Part shown: positions 25,001 through 38,925 of the stretch, in pieces
Position numbering within the stretch: position 1 is the first letter of the stretch
Layout: each line of letters starts with the position of its first letter
Origin: Octopus sinensis
Taxonomy: Eukaryota
Direction of reading: 5' to 3'
Assembly: GCF_006345805.1 (NCBI RefSeq)
Contig: NC_043006.1
Location: 10,106,001 to 10,170,000, forward strand
DNA: 64,000 nt
The notes under the pieces: generated by a model
The model's database searches: none
Seen by the model: only the letters and a program-made list of their open reading frames with translations
What the model was told of the DNA's origin: nothing
Program-made: the position numbers and the translations under genes

Positions 25001-26462
25001 TAGGTAATCATACCCCATACCCACAGTTTATATTTATATTCAGGTAGACTAGTTAGTGAGCCGTTAGGTAGATGTATATGTGCATTGTGTGCGTATGTAT
25101 ACGTATACGTATATGCACATGTATATAGCAAAATGGATATAAATGTAAACAGATAGACATACAAACGGATAGGTACACAGGTAATATGAACAGACAAGCA
25201 CACACACACCTAAATACGCAAATGAAGACTGAAACACATGACCATATACACACATATGGAGACACACGTCCATACATACAGACACAGTACATATTCGCGA
25301 ATCCCATACACAAAAACAGGCAGACATGCGCACACAAGGAGACAGAGGTACACACACACACTTGCAAACATACACACATAAAACTCACAAACATATGAAT
25401 ATACAGAATACATACAAACTTACAAACATACATATATACACTCGCACAGACACACAAACATGCATACACACATATGCATGCATGCATACATATATACATA
25501 TATATGTGTATATACACACACACTGACACATACACTTGCGCACATACAAAAAGAATGTAGCTCGGACAACGGATAGATTCAACGACTATTGAAAAGCTTA
25601 CAAGAAGCAACGAACATTTTAGAAAAATAAATGAGTTGTAACTTTACCGGTGAGTGTGTTAAATAATCAGACACTAAACGAGAATAATTAACCCAGATAC
25701 AACAAATCATACATATGTGTGTATGTGTGTGTGTGACTCTGTGTGTGTGTGTGTGTGTGTGCGTGCGTTGTATGTGTGTGTGTGTGTATGTGTAACATCT
25801 ATATGATGCCATTAGATGGAAATTAACCATTAGCAAATTGCATCATATTGAAGAAGCAACAATAAATAAAAATAAGCAAGAAAAGTTCACAAAAATATAT
25901 ATTTGTCGCAAGATTATGATACGAATGAATATATTCAAGTATATGTGTTTCAGTTTGGTTCAGTAAAATGCAGTAAACTTTTGCATTATATTTCACAAGA
26001 GTTTCATTTTTTTTAGCTGAGTAGTAAGCCATCATTCTCGCTGGTATACTAAAAATGGAGAATCATCCATGTCTTTGAAGGAAATGTTAGAAGAGCAGGT
26101 ATTACTAAGTTATGCATGACATTCACCTTAAAAACTGACTCATAAATCGCCGGTAAAATTTCGTGGACTTCACATAAATCCTAGGAAGAGAATGTTGATC
26201 TAATCTGATTCACACATATCTGTATCCGGTTGAAAATATTTAGAGGATATGTTCTTCTATATATATTACATTTTTACTCGAATAAAATGTATATGTACAG
26301 AAAAGTATATTGAGTTTATCACAATATATCGTACGATCCCATGTAAAAATGTTAGGTTTTTTTCTTGCAAATATTTATGAACCACCGTAAACTTCCCAAA
26401 ATTATTTGACAATGAATCATTATTTAAACTACAATCATAATGTTAAAATTCTACATTCATAG

Positions 26463-26800
26463 ATGCAGGCGTGGCTGTGTGTTAAAAAGTTTGCTTCTGA
26501 ATCAATGGTTCCAGTTTCTGTCCCACAGTATGGAATTTTATACAAGTATCTTCATCAACAACCTCGGGCCGAATGAAACCCTGTGAGCGTGTGTTTGTTT
26601 TTGTGTCTTTGTTTGTTCTGTGCCAGCTCTTGTATGTCCCCGTAACCTAGTGGTTCGGCAAAAGATCCCCGATAGAATAAGTGTAAGATTTAAAAAGAAA
26701 ATGATTATTGTGATTGATAAGTTCGACTATAAATTCCTGAAGGTACTGCCCAAGCATGGCCGCATTGTTATATTTAAAACAAGTAAAATGTAAAAGATAA
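26463..26800 (+). mobile_element. Old, diverged SINE family B copy
   Basis: GCAGGCGTGGCTGTGTG head, GGTTCGGCAAAAG, GCATGGCCGC and AAACAAGTAAAA tail. Confidence 0.65.
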
Positions 26801-27400
26801 ACTATATTTTGAACTCATTCGTATCACAAAAAATATTATTTGATTATCTTTAAAACTAATAATCAATACTAAACTATTTGACATAACTCAACATCGATAT
26901 GCAGCAAAAACGTTCCTGCACATGGTCCCCATATCCTGACTAATTCAATCGGCTACTCGAATCGTTGTTGTAAATACATTTTCAAGGAACACCCTGCAGA
27001 TTTGTTTTAATTACTAAGACCATCTGATAAATCATGCAATGAACGAAGTAAATTGGTGGATTTTTTTAAAGTTTACCTCAAAATCCTTTTTTCCCGCCAT
27101 TGCTGTTGACCTAATGGTTCATACAGAAACAAAGATATTTCATTCTATATTGCTTTGACGAGAATATATTCAGGTGTTTTATGTCTATTTGCTTATCAAT
27201 GAAACATTGACAGTAACACACCGTATGCTGTATTTCCACATAAGTGTCTGACAAATACCAAAAGTTTTGTCGCACTAATATCATCATTTAAAAATAATCA
27301 CTGGTTTTGTATTTACTTTTAATCATCCATAAATCAGCCACTTCCAACCTATCAGATATTATTTCGCTTCAAAAATAACTTTTTATCGTATTTGAATTAA

Positions 27401-27499
27401 ATATGATTTATGGTCCTAATTTCCACCAGAAATATTTCTTCTTTTCAGATAGTCTATAGTTTCTTATCGTTAATGTGTTAGATAAGGCTTCATATGGCA
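27401..27499 (+). repeat. 99-bp segment duplicated at 35440-35538
   Basis: 98 of 99 positions identical on direct comparison. Confidence 0.9.
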
Positions 27500-28204
27500 A
27501 GCATAAGAAGTTTGTTTCTTGAAATGCTACCTGTCTTTTATATTTTTCATTGTTTTATACTTTAGAAGGTGTCCGTATCATTAAAAAAATTGATTTTAAA
27601 TTGTATGAACTATCATTTCAAAGTCTTCATATTTTCAATACAATGTACATATTCAATTTAAAAAAAAGTAATATAGGTTGTTTTCTTTATACTGAAGGGC
27701 AGGAATAGATTCCTATTACAAAAAATATTCGTTGTAATTACTCTATTTTTTCGAAGATTGTTGAGCTTCTCCAGTTTCAATCACTTTCCGAGGGAAGTCT
27801 ACAAATGTAACCGCTTTTTGAAATATGGAAAAATAACTGTAAACAAACACAAATCAATAGCTAACTTACTCGTGGGGTATTTATATTTTTGAATGCATAA
27901 ATATCTAATATTTAAGAATTCAAAAATTACATAATATTTCAGTAATATATTCAAATTAGTCTCAGTTAAAATTTAATAGACATATTTAACAGTTTTTTTT
28001 ATATCTATTGAATTAAATTTAGGTGATATCACTTTACTCGCAAGTGCAGAAAAATCATTTTCTCTCTTGCGATTAGATTACATACATGACATCTTGACAT
28101 AACTACATTTTACAATTACAATACTTCTGTGCTGTGGAACATCCCTGTCTGTCTATCTTTCTCTCTCCCTCGCTCTCTTCGCTTGCTCTCTATCTCTCTG
28201 TATG

Positions 28205-28277
<73 letters not shown>

Positions 28278-28309
28278 TATATATATTATATCATATATTA
28301 TATATTATA

Positions 28310-28721
28310 GGCGCAGGAGTTGCTTTTTAGTAAGTAGCTTGCTTACCAACCACATGGTTCTCGGTTAAGTCCCACTGCGTGGCACCTTGGGTAAGTGTCT
28401 TCTACTATAGCCTCGGGCCGACCAAAGCCTTGTGAGTGGATTTGGTAGACGGAAACTGAAAGAAGCCCGTCGTATATATGTATATAAATATGTGTATGTG
28501 TGTGTATGTGTTTGCGTGTCTGCGTTTGTCCCCCCAACATCGCTTGACAACCGATGCTGGTGTGTTTACCTACCCGTAACTTAGCGGTTCGGCAAAAGAG
28601 ACCGCTAGATATGTACTAGGCTTACAAAGAATAAGTCCTGGGGTCGATTTACTCGACAGAAGGCGATGCTCTACCATGGCCGCAGTCAAATGACTAAAAC
28701 AAATAAAAGAGTAAAAGAGTA
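28310..28721 (+). mobile_element. SINE family B, full length
   Basis: Head, CORE-like block, internal microsatellite and AGTAAAAG tail all present. Confidence 0.9.
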
Positions 28722-29852
28722 ATATATATATATATAAAACACTGTGCCTGTCTGTCTGTATGTGTGCATCACTAAAACTCGAGAACTACCCAACTGATTT
28801 CATTCAAATTTTAACTTAGCTCTTTGGCAAAAGACTCCGATACAATGACTTCTAATTTACAAAGACAAAATCCTGGGGTCGATTTCTCCGACTAAGAGCG
28901 TTACGCCGTCATGTCCGCTGACTCCATTTTTATCTCTGCTAGTAAATGTGAAACGAGTGTGAACAAATTATACTCATATACCGGAAGTAGAGTAATCTGC
29001 GTTATTATTAAAGCCGCTAAATCATCAAAAAATATCACAAAAAAACTTACTCGTTGTTTCACGCCTTCAGTTATTGGAGTGTTTTGTTGAGATCAAAATA
29101 TTCAGGTTATATGTATAAATATACAATTTTGATTTTGAAACTGAGATACATAGAATTAAAATAACGATTTAAAAATCATATTATGTGAAATAGAAAAAAA
29201 ATAGAAATCAAGAATTAGCTCGGAGGGAAAAGAAACATGTATACCCAGAGTAAATTATTGTATTTTAACGTGTACAGGGAACCCTCGTATACAATGACCC
29301 CCCCGCCTAAATTTGGGGGCTTACAATTTGGAAAGATGGTTTTGTAAGGGATTGAAATATTATCCATGCATTGAAATTCCTATATATTTAAACCAAACTT
29401 TTGTCAAAAAAGTGTTGCTTATGCATGTAATTAAGGGTAAAATAAATTTGATTTCATAAAATGTCTGTTTACAACAAAAATTTCACTTGCAGTGTTGTAA
29501 ACAGCGTGAAAATAAACATACGTAGCATCGTATACAAATATTTACTTATACATACACACATAAAAAAACATATTCATACATATATACTCTAAACATACAA
29601 ACGTTAATATAAGTATGCATACATATATATAAAAGTATGCAGGCAAGATATTAAAGTGCATATATACATATGTATTAATGTATATGTAGGTTTCTACATG
29701 CATATATATACACACATCAGACGTCCCCGTGTGTATATTCTCAATGCACAACTATGATGTTGCATGTTTGTAAAACTAAAACAAAAAGTATCAGAAATAA
29801 GAATTGGTGGGAGAAAGAAATAGAGAAAGAAAGAGAAAATAGAAAGAGGGAT

Positions 29853-29895
<43 letters not shown>

Positions 29896-32058
29896 TTTGA
29901 AAAGTAGCGTTCCTAAGGCTAACTACATCAAAAGAATCAAAACCACATCACCCTGCAGTGAAGCAAATTCTGACGCTTGATTTTCAAAATTGTGTGATGC
30001 TGACCTATTTAAACTAATACATCGTCTTCAAAAGACGTCGACAAATATGCTTGGAAGATGGCTGGACTGAAAGTATTTGCTTTCCAAAGTGAATAGAAAA
30101 AATCAAAACCATGTTTACAGTTGCGTCTAAATACATTTCGATTGCTTTAATTTTTTACAGTAACATGTTCAACAACGTAAAATTGTATGTGTCATGTATG
30201 ACGCGACATACGTTCAGTTTTATTTTCACTGTATTGAAGCGGTTGTGGCTCCAGAATAAATACACCAACCTTTTCTAAACATCCTTTTTCTAAACATCGA
30301 TGGCACATGAAGTCAACGTTGTGACAGTACGAGTTGTTAGAGTCTATTATCCTATTGATGTATAAAACGATCATATTAATAACTGACGGAAGTTTTGATG
30401 TTGTTTTTTAGTGAACGAATCATTTTTATTATCAGGAATCATTATTTCATTGAATCCATTGCAAAAATAAGATTTATCGTCAATTTTTGAAAAACGAATT
30501 GCACAGTACTCTTACGAAAGATAGATTAGCTTAACAAAGGATTTCTTATGCAACATTACATGTTCAATAAATATATCAGAAGTGAAATACGATTACCTCT
30601 CATGTCTCACTTTGTCGAGACCTTAACTATACAACAATAATGAACATTGTCATTCATACCCCCTTTTTCATTAGTTGAGTTTATTTTGTCATATAACCAG
30701 GTCACAAATAAACATTCACCCCGCCTTCGATCCTCTTTTGCATAGTATGGCTAATAATTTCACTCATAGTGACGCCTTCAGAGTTTAAAATATCTTAAAA
30801 CAAAATTAAATATTATATCATTTTATAAGATAGTTAAAAATCAGCAACTTTAGGAAGGCAAACTAAATTAGGTGGAATATAAAATTACGTTCCTTTCGCA
30901 TTCCTTTTATTCTGATAATTATTTTTATTTGGCTTGTCTCGAATGAATTCAATCGACTCTGTTATAAAATTAGAGAAAGATTATAGAAATGAATATTATG
31001 ATTTTGTGTAATAATTAATATCATGCCTGTAGAATGGCGCCAATGGTAGCAAAATTCGATATTTCTTTAATCCATAATTCAGCACTTACATTGTTTGATA
31101 CTCATAAAAAAATGCTAACGAGTCAGATTGTTCCCTACAATTTTGTTATATGAAACATATATAGTTTGTAATGCGTTTTAGGTTTGTTGTAATTGACCCT
31201 TACAACAATTAACACCCGTTTTCATCTCTTACACCACTGATGACATTTGGATAGGCATTACAATCACACCTACGCACGTATATGGGACTTCACTTCATGG
31301 CCATTATTGCCATCCTAGTCTACAACTTTGAAAATACTCTTGTAGCATATTCATGTGGCTATCGACTATAACTTTGTGATTTGACTTTTATACCCCTTTC
31401 AGATGCCCTTTTTACTGGGAGAGGTAGGCATATCTATTAGAATTTAATATCCATTGGATTGGGGAACAATTGTGTCAAGTCACATGTTATCGGTACCTTA
31501 TTCTCCACACTCTATAATTCGTAAGTCTTTGAAGATATCATAAGCCTTAAATTTGTGTCAGAGTTTAATCCATTCTGCATGTAAAATTAAAATTTTGTAA
31601 CATGAAATTCATTATTTTTGGCAAAGTTTTCAATGGCTTACTAAAATAGGAGGAGATACTAATAAATTGTCTTTGAACAATTTAAAAAAAAATTATATAT
31701 CACAGGTTCGAATACAGCTGTAGTCTACAGCGACAGTTGTTGTTAGATTCTTAATACAACGGCGTCAATAGAATTCAAATTTTCCATTAGTTCCAATTTG
31801 TTGGCTCAGTAATCGGGGTTTGCGAATGTTGCAAAATAAATAAACTTCATACAACATTTCGTCGCCATTTTATCTGATACTGCATAATGCGATATAATCA
31901 TTAATTAGCGAGCTAAATCTTTATATCTGTTATTTAGTAGTTTACTGATGGTGACGTTCTTATTACACAACTGAAACTAATTTTTCAAAAGTAAGATCGT
32001 ATATCATATAACAAACAAAATTGAATCAGGTGGTTTTAAAGCATACACGCTTATACTC

Positions 32059-32104
<46 letters not shown>

Positions 32105-32171
32105 CATACATAGTGTATATAGATATATACATATGTATAAGTTACAATGTATGTATATATATATATATATA

Positions 32172-32216
<45 letters not shown>

Positions 32217-32224
32217 TTATATAT

Positions 32225-32282
<58 letters not shown>

Positions 32283-32287
32283 GTATT

Positions 32288-32365
<78 letters not shown>

Positions 32366-32570
32366 GTGTGTGCTTTATATATGTTGACATATATTTCTGA
32401 GTATGTGAGCGCTAATCAATTTTCAAATATATCAAGGAAAAAATATACAAATGACAGACATTTGAATTATTAACCAGCTTTTTTAATTGATGCAAGATTT
32501 ACAACGACGCCCGTAAAACTGTGTTTTCTGCATAATAATAATAATAATGATAATAATAATAATAATAATA

Positions 32571-32614
<44 letters not shown>

Positions 32615-33526
32615 GAAGAAGAAGAAGAAGAAGAAGATGAAGAATGTTTTTTCTTGTTTTTATTATTGTTTTTGTTGTTGACTTTTGGGTTATTTCACAC
32701 ATAACGTTGACTATCACTGTAAGGTTACACGAAATTTCAGTTCATGACACCTGATATGTAGCTTGTCAAAATATCTTATCTTTTGTTTTTGAAAGATATT
32801 CAAGCAGAACTTTCTACCAATTCAAGTTTAGCTTATAGGAAACATAAATATGAGAAAATATAGCATTGAACTTTTATTTAATCTTACGTTTTTTTTTAAA
32901 TTCCAGTAACTTTTGCAATGTAAGACAAATTTCTTTAGAAAAGTTTCCTCCGTTTGTCAGACCAATGCACATAATTCCGCCTGACCTCATCCATATGACA
33001 CATTAAAACACTCTTCATTATCCCATTCGGAATACTAGATAAATATCTGGATACTCACTGCTCTGACCTGATATGTGCTAGCTTTTCAAACTTAGGCTTT
33101 TTAATTATAACAGTAATGCCTTTTATTCAGAAGAAATAGCACGACTATGTATCCTTTATGAAAGCATTTTGTAGTTTATCATCAAATCTGCTCAGAATAT
33201 CTCGAAACATTTGCAAGTATTCTATTGCAAAATACAAATATTATTCTCATAGTTATTGAATTCATTTTCAAACGATGCCCTTCCTAGAATAATTAATAGC
33301 GTGCTTCATAGAAACTCAATTACTTCGATGTTTTTATGGAAACGCAATTTTTTGCAAATATTCCATTTAGATGTCTTGCGAGAGAATAACTCGACATTCC
33401 AACGAACTGAAGAATCCTACTGCAGTGCCTGCAGACATTCCAGCTTCTGCTCTTTCCTCTAAACTAATAAAACACTGGGTAAATTTGAAACTATGCTGCA
33501 TCTTTAGCCTCAACTAATGATATATT

Positions 33527-33731
33527 AGTTAGTTAGTTAATGTTAGTTAATTTATTTGGCTCAAAAACCAAAAAGCAAGGCCATGTAAGGGGACATGGAG
33601 TTATGTACAGGGTGGTGTTCATGTAAAGAGTTCAGGCCACTTGAGGTCAAGGGAGACTTTGAACAAAGCGGTCGTCGGCATATTCACCATCTCGTCTGGC
33701 AGCTTGTTCCACGGATCCGCAACCCGGACGT
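33527..33731 (-). mobile_element. 3' end of the same CR1-like family as 14539-15261
   Basis: Reverse complement matches ~15068-15261, including GTCCGGGTTGCGGATCCGTGGAACAAGCTGCCAGACGAGATGGTGAA and the (TAAC)n tail. Confidence 0.88.
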
Positions 33732-33924
33732 TTAATAAATCTTAATAAATAAATCTTGCAATCTCATAAATGTTCCATACGATGTGGCACCAATGCAGAG
33801 TTTTCCCAGTTTGGTTCTATAATTATTTATATGCATGTATATGTGTGTGTGAGTGTAATTGTGTGCGTACGTGTGTATGTCTATTTATGCATGTATGTTT
33901 TTATGTATGTGTGTATGTATACAT

Positions 33925-33970
33925 GGAGGCGCAATGGCCCAGTGGTTAGGGCAGCGGACTCGCGGTCGTA
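33925..33970 (+). mobile_element. 5' stub of a third tRNA-like SINE head
   Basis: GGAGGCGCAATGGCCCAGTGGTTAGGGCAGCGGACTCGCGGTCGTA: A-box and anticodon-arm-like sequence, truncated by a microsatellite. Confidence 0.5.
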
Positions 33971-35439
33971 TGTATGTATATATACCTCTTTCACTCTTTC
34001 TCTCTCACTCTCTCTCTCTGATTCCTCATCCCCCACTATCATATTAGCCTGTTCAATAAACACCTCCCTCTATTTTTAGAAACTGGACCATTATGTTATA
34101 TCATTCTTTCTCTCCCTTTCGAGTTTTACTGCTCACTGTAGTAATACGCCCCACCGTACGATTTTCTGTATCCATCCCTCTTCCTTAGTACCTTTCAAAC
34201 ATATCACCCACCTCTCATTCTTCACACATTCATTCCTTACATTCTTATCTCTTCTGTTCTCGTCTCTAATCCTCTCCCATCCCTCTCATAATATCTTGAC
34301 CACCAACTAACACTCTTTTTCACTTTCTCTTCCTCTTACTTTCTTTTTTCCTCACCTACTCTCTTTGACCATTCTCTTCATTATAACATATATTTTCCCT
34401 CCTCTCTATCTCCTTAATACTACCACCATATTCCCCAAAATTTCATTTACACCACAAAAACCTTTGAATGAAGAACACATGGAATCTATGTCTCCACGCT
34501 TACCATTTCCGATTACCAAATAGGAACTCCTATCATAATTTACATACCATGGACAAGAAGAATTTCTACCACTTCTATACACCACCTTCCTTGGGTAATG
34601 GAACTGCAACTATAACATCCGACATTCATTTTCACTTGTATTCTTTTATCTTACTTTATACATGTTTTTTCCATCTTTTTCCAATATAACTTATATTGAG
34701 CTCTATTATTTCTCTGTATGTAGCCATCGCACATCATCTCTGATGCAGAGATATCCCTAATATCCCTGAAACAGTTGTAAGACTAAACTAAATTTCTCTT
34801 TATAAATGTCTGCGAATGCCACACAGCTTTGGCTTTGTTGTCTCATTTTATCATATATATGTGTGTATGTATATATATATATCATATATATATCATGTAT
34901 ATATATATATATCATATATATATCATGTATATATATATATATATATAATATATATATATAGTTATACATCAAGTATTCAAATCAAATTACCTCAATTATC
35001 GTGTCGAGCCAGAATAATACAGCAGTCAATACCTGCATAACATCAGACTCAGCAATGACACACCGGTCTCGCGCCATTTCCGCTCTACCGATCATTCGTT
35101 ACAACATCTGTCTTTGTACGGACTGTCCCTGCACTGGGGCCACCCAGCCTCCCGCCTTAACTATATGGGCTCAGCTCATCTCTTTTCATCCGACAACAAC
35201 CCCGCACGTATTCCCACACATCACCCACATTCATCTGCCCTTGCCACCTACACACCACCCATGTCGGTACCGTCACGACTATACACACTCACAACCGCAC
35301 ACACCCTCATGCACACTGTTCAACTCATCACTTACTTCACACACCATTACACTATCACCGACCACTGCTCAGCTGCCACACCACACACCATTATCCACAC
35401 AGCCACAAACAATCTTCAATAACGTCACAACACATACCT

Positions 35440-35538
35440 ATATGATTTATGGTCCTAATTTCTACCAGAAATATTTCTTCTTTTCAGATAGTCTATAGTT
35501 TCTTATCGTTAATGTGTTAGATAAGGCTTCATATGGCA
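35440..35538 (+). repeat. Second copy of the 99-bp segment, embedded in CA-rich repeat DNA
   Basis: Matches 27401-27499 with one mismatch. Confidence 0.9.
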
Positions 35539-35596
35539 CACGCACTGTTTAACTCAGTACACGTACCACACACCATCATGCACACTTCCACAGCCA

Positions 35597-35740
35597 CACA
35601 AGCACATAATAGCCGAGGCCGGCTTTGCCTTTGATGCTTTCGGGGTCGATGAATTAAGTACCAGTTGCGTACTGTGATCGATCTAAATCGACTGGCATTC
35701 TCCCCTAAAATTTCGATCTTGTGCCTAGAGTAGAAAAGTA
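35597..35740 (+). mobile_element. SINE family A variant, 3' part
   Basis: GCCGAGGCCGGCTTTGCCTTT..GGGGTCGATGAATTAAGTACCAGTT..TTGTGCCTAGAGTAGAAAAG. Confidence 0.7.
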
Positions 35741-35917
35741 TATATACACATTCACGCAACACGCAAAAACATAACCAACTCGCATACACACAGATAACTT
35801 CCGCCCACAAACATACGTTATACCACTATATACATGCACACCATTTGGTCAGAGACACATATACAAGTGTCGTACAACCACTTTTTTCCAGCCACTCGCC
35901 ATGTTGGACCGCTGAAC

Positions 35918-36325
35918 TCTCTTTTACTCTTTTACTTGTTTCAGTCATTTGAGAGTGGCCATGCTGTAGCACCGCCTTTAGTCGACCAAATCGACCCCGG
36001 GACTTATTCTTTGTAAGCCCAGTACTTATTCTATCGGTATATTTTGCTGAACCGCTAGGTGACGGGGACGTAAACACACCAGCATCGTTTGTCAAGCAAT
36101 GCTAGGGGGACAAACACAGACACACAAACATATATACACACATAGTTACACATATATACGCATATACGACGGGCTTCTTTCAGTTTCCGTCTACCAAATC
36201 CACTCACAAGGCATTGGTCGGCCCGAGGCTATAGCAGAAGACACTTTCCCAAGGTGCCATGCAGTGGGAATGAACCTGGAACCATGTGGTCGGTAAGCAA
36301 GCTACTTACCACACAGCCACTCTTG
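35918..36325 (-). mobile_element. SINE family B, near full length
   Basis: Homologous to 28310-28721 in reverse orientation. Confidence 0.9.
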
Positions 36326-36366
36326 TTTATTTTTTATCATTCTCTGATCATTTTCCCCAGTTATTC

Positions 36367-36403
36367 CTTTCTGTCGAAGAGCGTTGACTTGAATCGTAAA
36401 AAA
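36367..36403 (+). ncRNA. Degenerate hammerhead motif of the 53974 family
   Basis: CTTT-CTGTCGA-A-GAGC-GTTG-ACTT-GAAT-CGT-A-AAAA; downstream CCTTCGTCTTTTGT is shared with ~54072. Confidence 0.35.
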
Positions 36404-36504
36404 CTATTTTTCCCGAGCATCAAACTAATACACGTTCCTGTTGATCCTACCCTCGCCTTCGTCTTTTGTTTTTCTGCAAATTTGACCTATATATATATAT
36501 ATAG

Positions 36505-36546
<42 letters not shown>

Positions 36547-36790
36547 GTGTGTGTGTGTGTGTGTTGTGTCGTGTCTGGTGTATATATATATTCACAGACA
36601 CAAAAAGTGAAAAAGAGCGGAGATTCGCAATTGACATATTTTAAATATAATTTAACATATTATATTACACCAAATATGATATATACATCTATGTATGTTT
36701 CCATGTTTATTTGTGTGTGCGTGTGCTTATGTGCGTCTAAAATACAAATTGATGTGTGTTTGTTTTCTGCTTGTATGTCTATGAGATTGT

Positions 36791-36857
<67 letters not shown>

Positions 36858-37320
36858 AGAGAGGAAAGAAATATAAGTCGGGATGGAGAGAAATAGTTCA
36901 TGTTTTATATTTCATTGTCTGGTGTCTGTATTTGCTCATTTTATTTTTCAGAATATATTATTGTGTTTGCTCTATTAACAATTGTCATATATTCGACGTT
37001 GTCTTCTGTCTAGTAAGCATCGTGTTTATAAATACTTTAAACTTCAATAAATATATGCCTAGCAGCAATATGATATACTTTTTTTTATTCATCATAGCGA
37101 ATTGTTCTATTTTCTTGAGAGCGAACAGGCAGATAGCGCCCCAGAAAACAAAAGCGTTTTCAAAACAACAAAACGTTCTTCTCATATAATTTCTCTCACT
37201 TCACCTAATATATATATATATATATATATATGTAAATATAAATATATAATATATATATGTATATATGTATATATATATATGTATATATGTATATATATAT
37301 GTATATGTATATATATATGT

Positions 37321-37390
<70 letters not shown>

Positions 37391-37422
37391 ATATATATGT
37401 ATATATAATATATATATATATA

Positions 37423-37453
<31 letters not shown>

Positions 37454-37457
37454 ATAC

Positions 37458-37513
<56 letters not shown>

Positions 37514-37664
37514 ATATATAATATATATATATATATTGATAAAACGGTAAGATAACAAAAGAAAGAAAGAGACCTCAATATTATGTAAATAGAGGAAATT
37601 TATCTATACAATATGTTACATTACTCGGTAGTCAAGATAAAACTCTGAGTTTCAGATGCCGAAG

Positions 37665-38062
37665 AGGGTAATTTCAAGGCCAGGTTCAATAACCACACTT
37701 TGAGCTTTAGGCATTGGAACAAAAGAAAAGCGACACAATTATCTAATCATATTTGGTCTTTAAGAGATAAAGGTGTCGATTATAACATACAATGGAAGAT
37801 TTTGGCCAGATGTAAGCCCTATACCAACGGCAGCGGAAGGTGCGGTCTATGCGACATGGAGAGATGGCTTATCTGGAAAAGCAGCTTAGACCCTACTACA
37901 TGTCTAAATACAAGGACAGAGCTTTTCGGATCATGCCCACATGTGACTAAATTTCTGTTACGTTTTTGGTCCCATAAAGAAAACAGATACAACATGCTTT
38001 CTATGTTATGTCCCAAGAAGAATTTATATATTTTTATATATTTTTTATGTATTTTTATATAA
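37665..38062 (+). pseudogene. Penelope GIY-YIG endonuclease C-terminal fragment (open frame, no start)
   Basis: GNFKARFNNHTLSFRH..ATQLSNHIWSLRDKG..IQWKIL..PYTNGSGRCGLCDMERWLI..LNTRTELFGSCPHVTKFLL. Confidence 0.85.
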
Positions 38063-38172
38063 TTTTTATGACGAAAAATGCGAGCGATGTATAAGTACGC
38101 AGGCAAACAGAGTTATAACAGATTAAATTCCCTTTATTTAACGGTATTTTTTCCTAGCGTTTTCAAATAGCC

Positions 38173-38235
38173 AGATAACCGATGAGATGGTGTTGTGGAT
38201 TTCCACTTCGGCATCTGAAACTCAGAGTTTTATCT
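38173..38235 (+). ncRNA. Type-I hammerhead ribozyme motif in the PLE 3' region
   Basis: AGATAA-CCGATGA-GATG..[GTGG-ATTT-CCAC]..CATC-T-GAAA-CTC-A-GAG-T-T-TTATCT. Helix I is 6 bp, helix III ACTC/GAGT, predicted GUU cleavage after 38229. Confidence 0.7.
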
Positions 38236-38270
38236 TGACTACCGAGTAATGTAACATATTATTGTATATA

Positions 38271-38353
<83 letters not shown>

Positions 38354-38849
38354 TTATGTAGAAGAGTGCAGCCACCAACATGTCTGTATTACTTCTTCCG
38401 CTTTCCACTTCCCCTTCACATCAGCATCATGTTCATCACTATCCTGATCATCACTGTCATCCCCATAAACAAGATTGTCATATTCATAACGACCATGACA
38501 CCGATATAAATAATCGAAATGAGATTATCAAAATCATGAAAATATCACCGGCATGTATCATAATATTACAATAACCAGAGTAGCAGCAAAGATAAATACG
38601 AGGACAATAATTTTAATAACAATTATTATTATCATTATTATTATTGTTTTTGTTGTTGTTATTGTTATTATCATTAGATTCCCCGAGGGCCACACACAAG
38701 ACAATTGACGATCCAACATGAGTGTAGACAGTAAAAACAACAGCAATTAACAAGAAACCACAATAACAACAGCAACAACAACAACAACAATAATACTAAT
38801 AATAATAATTATAATTATAATAATAACAATTATAATTATAATAATAATA

Positions 38850-38925
<76 letters not shown>

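Larger units (their letters stand above)
37537..38268 (+). mobile_element. 5'-truncated Penelope-like element with an inverted copy of its 3' end at the 5' junction, inside (TA)n arrays
   Basis: GIY-YIG ORF fragment, HHR at 38173, and a perfect 55-bp inverted repeat (37610-37664 vs 38206-38260). Confidence 0.85.

Noticed and set aside
27410-27530. Minus-strand frame VAFQETNFLCLPYEALSNTLTIRNYRLSEKKKYFWWKLGP
   Set aside because: No convincing acceptor or homology; only the duplication overlapping it is supported.
31237-31243. CTGATGA; likewise TCATCAG at 52709-52715
   Set aside because: No downstream GAAA-helix III-NUH geometry.
31403-31423. 21-nt AG..GT micro-exon candidate; similar candidates near 4.33-4.38 kb and 42.39-42.45 kb
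   Set aside because: Splice-like motifs of this strength are expected by chance in 64 kb, and the peptides are unrecognisable.
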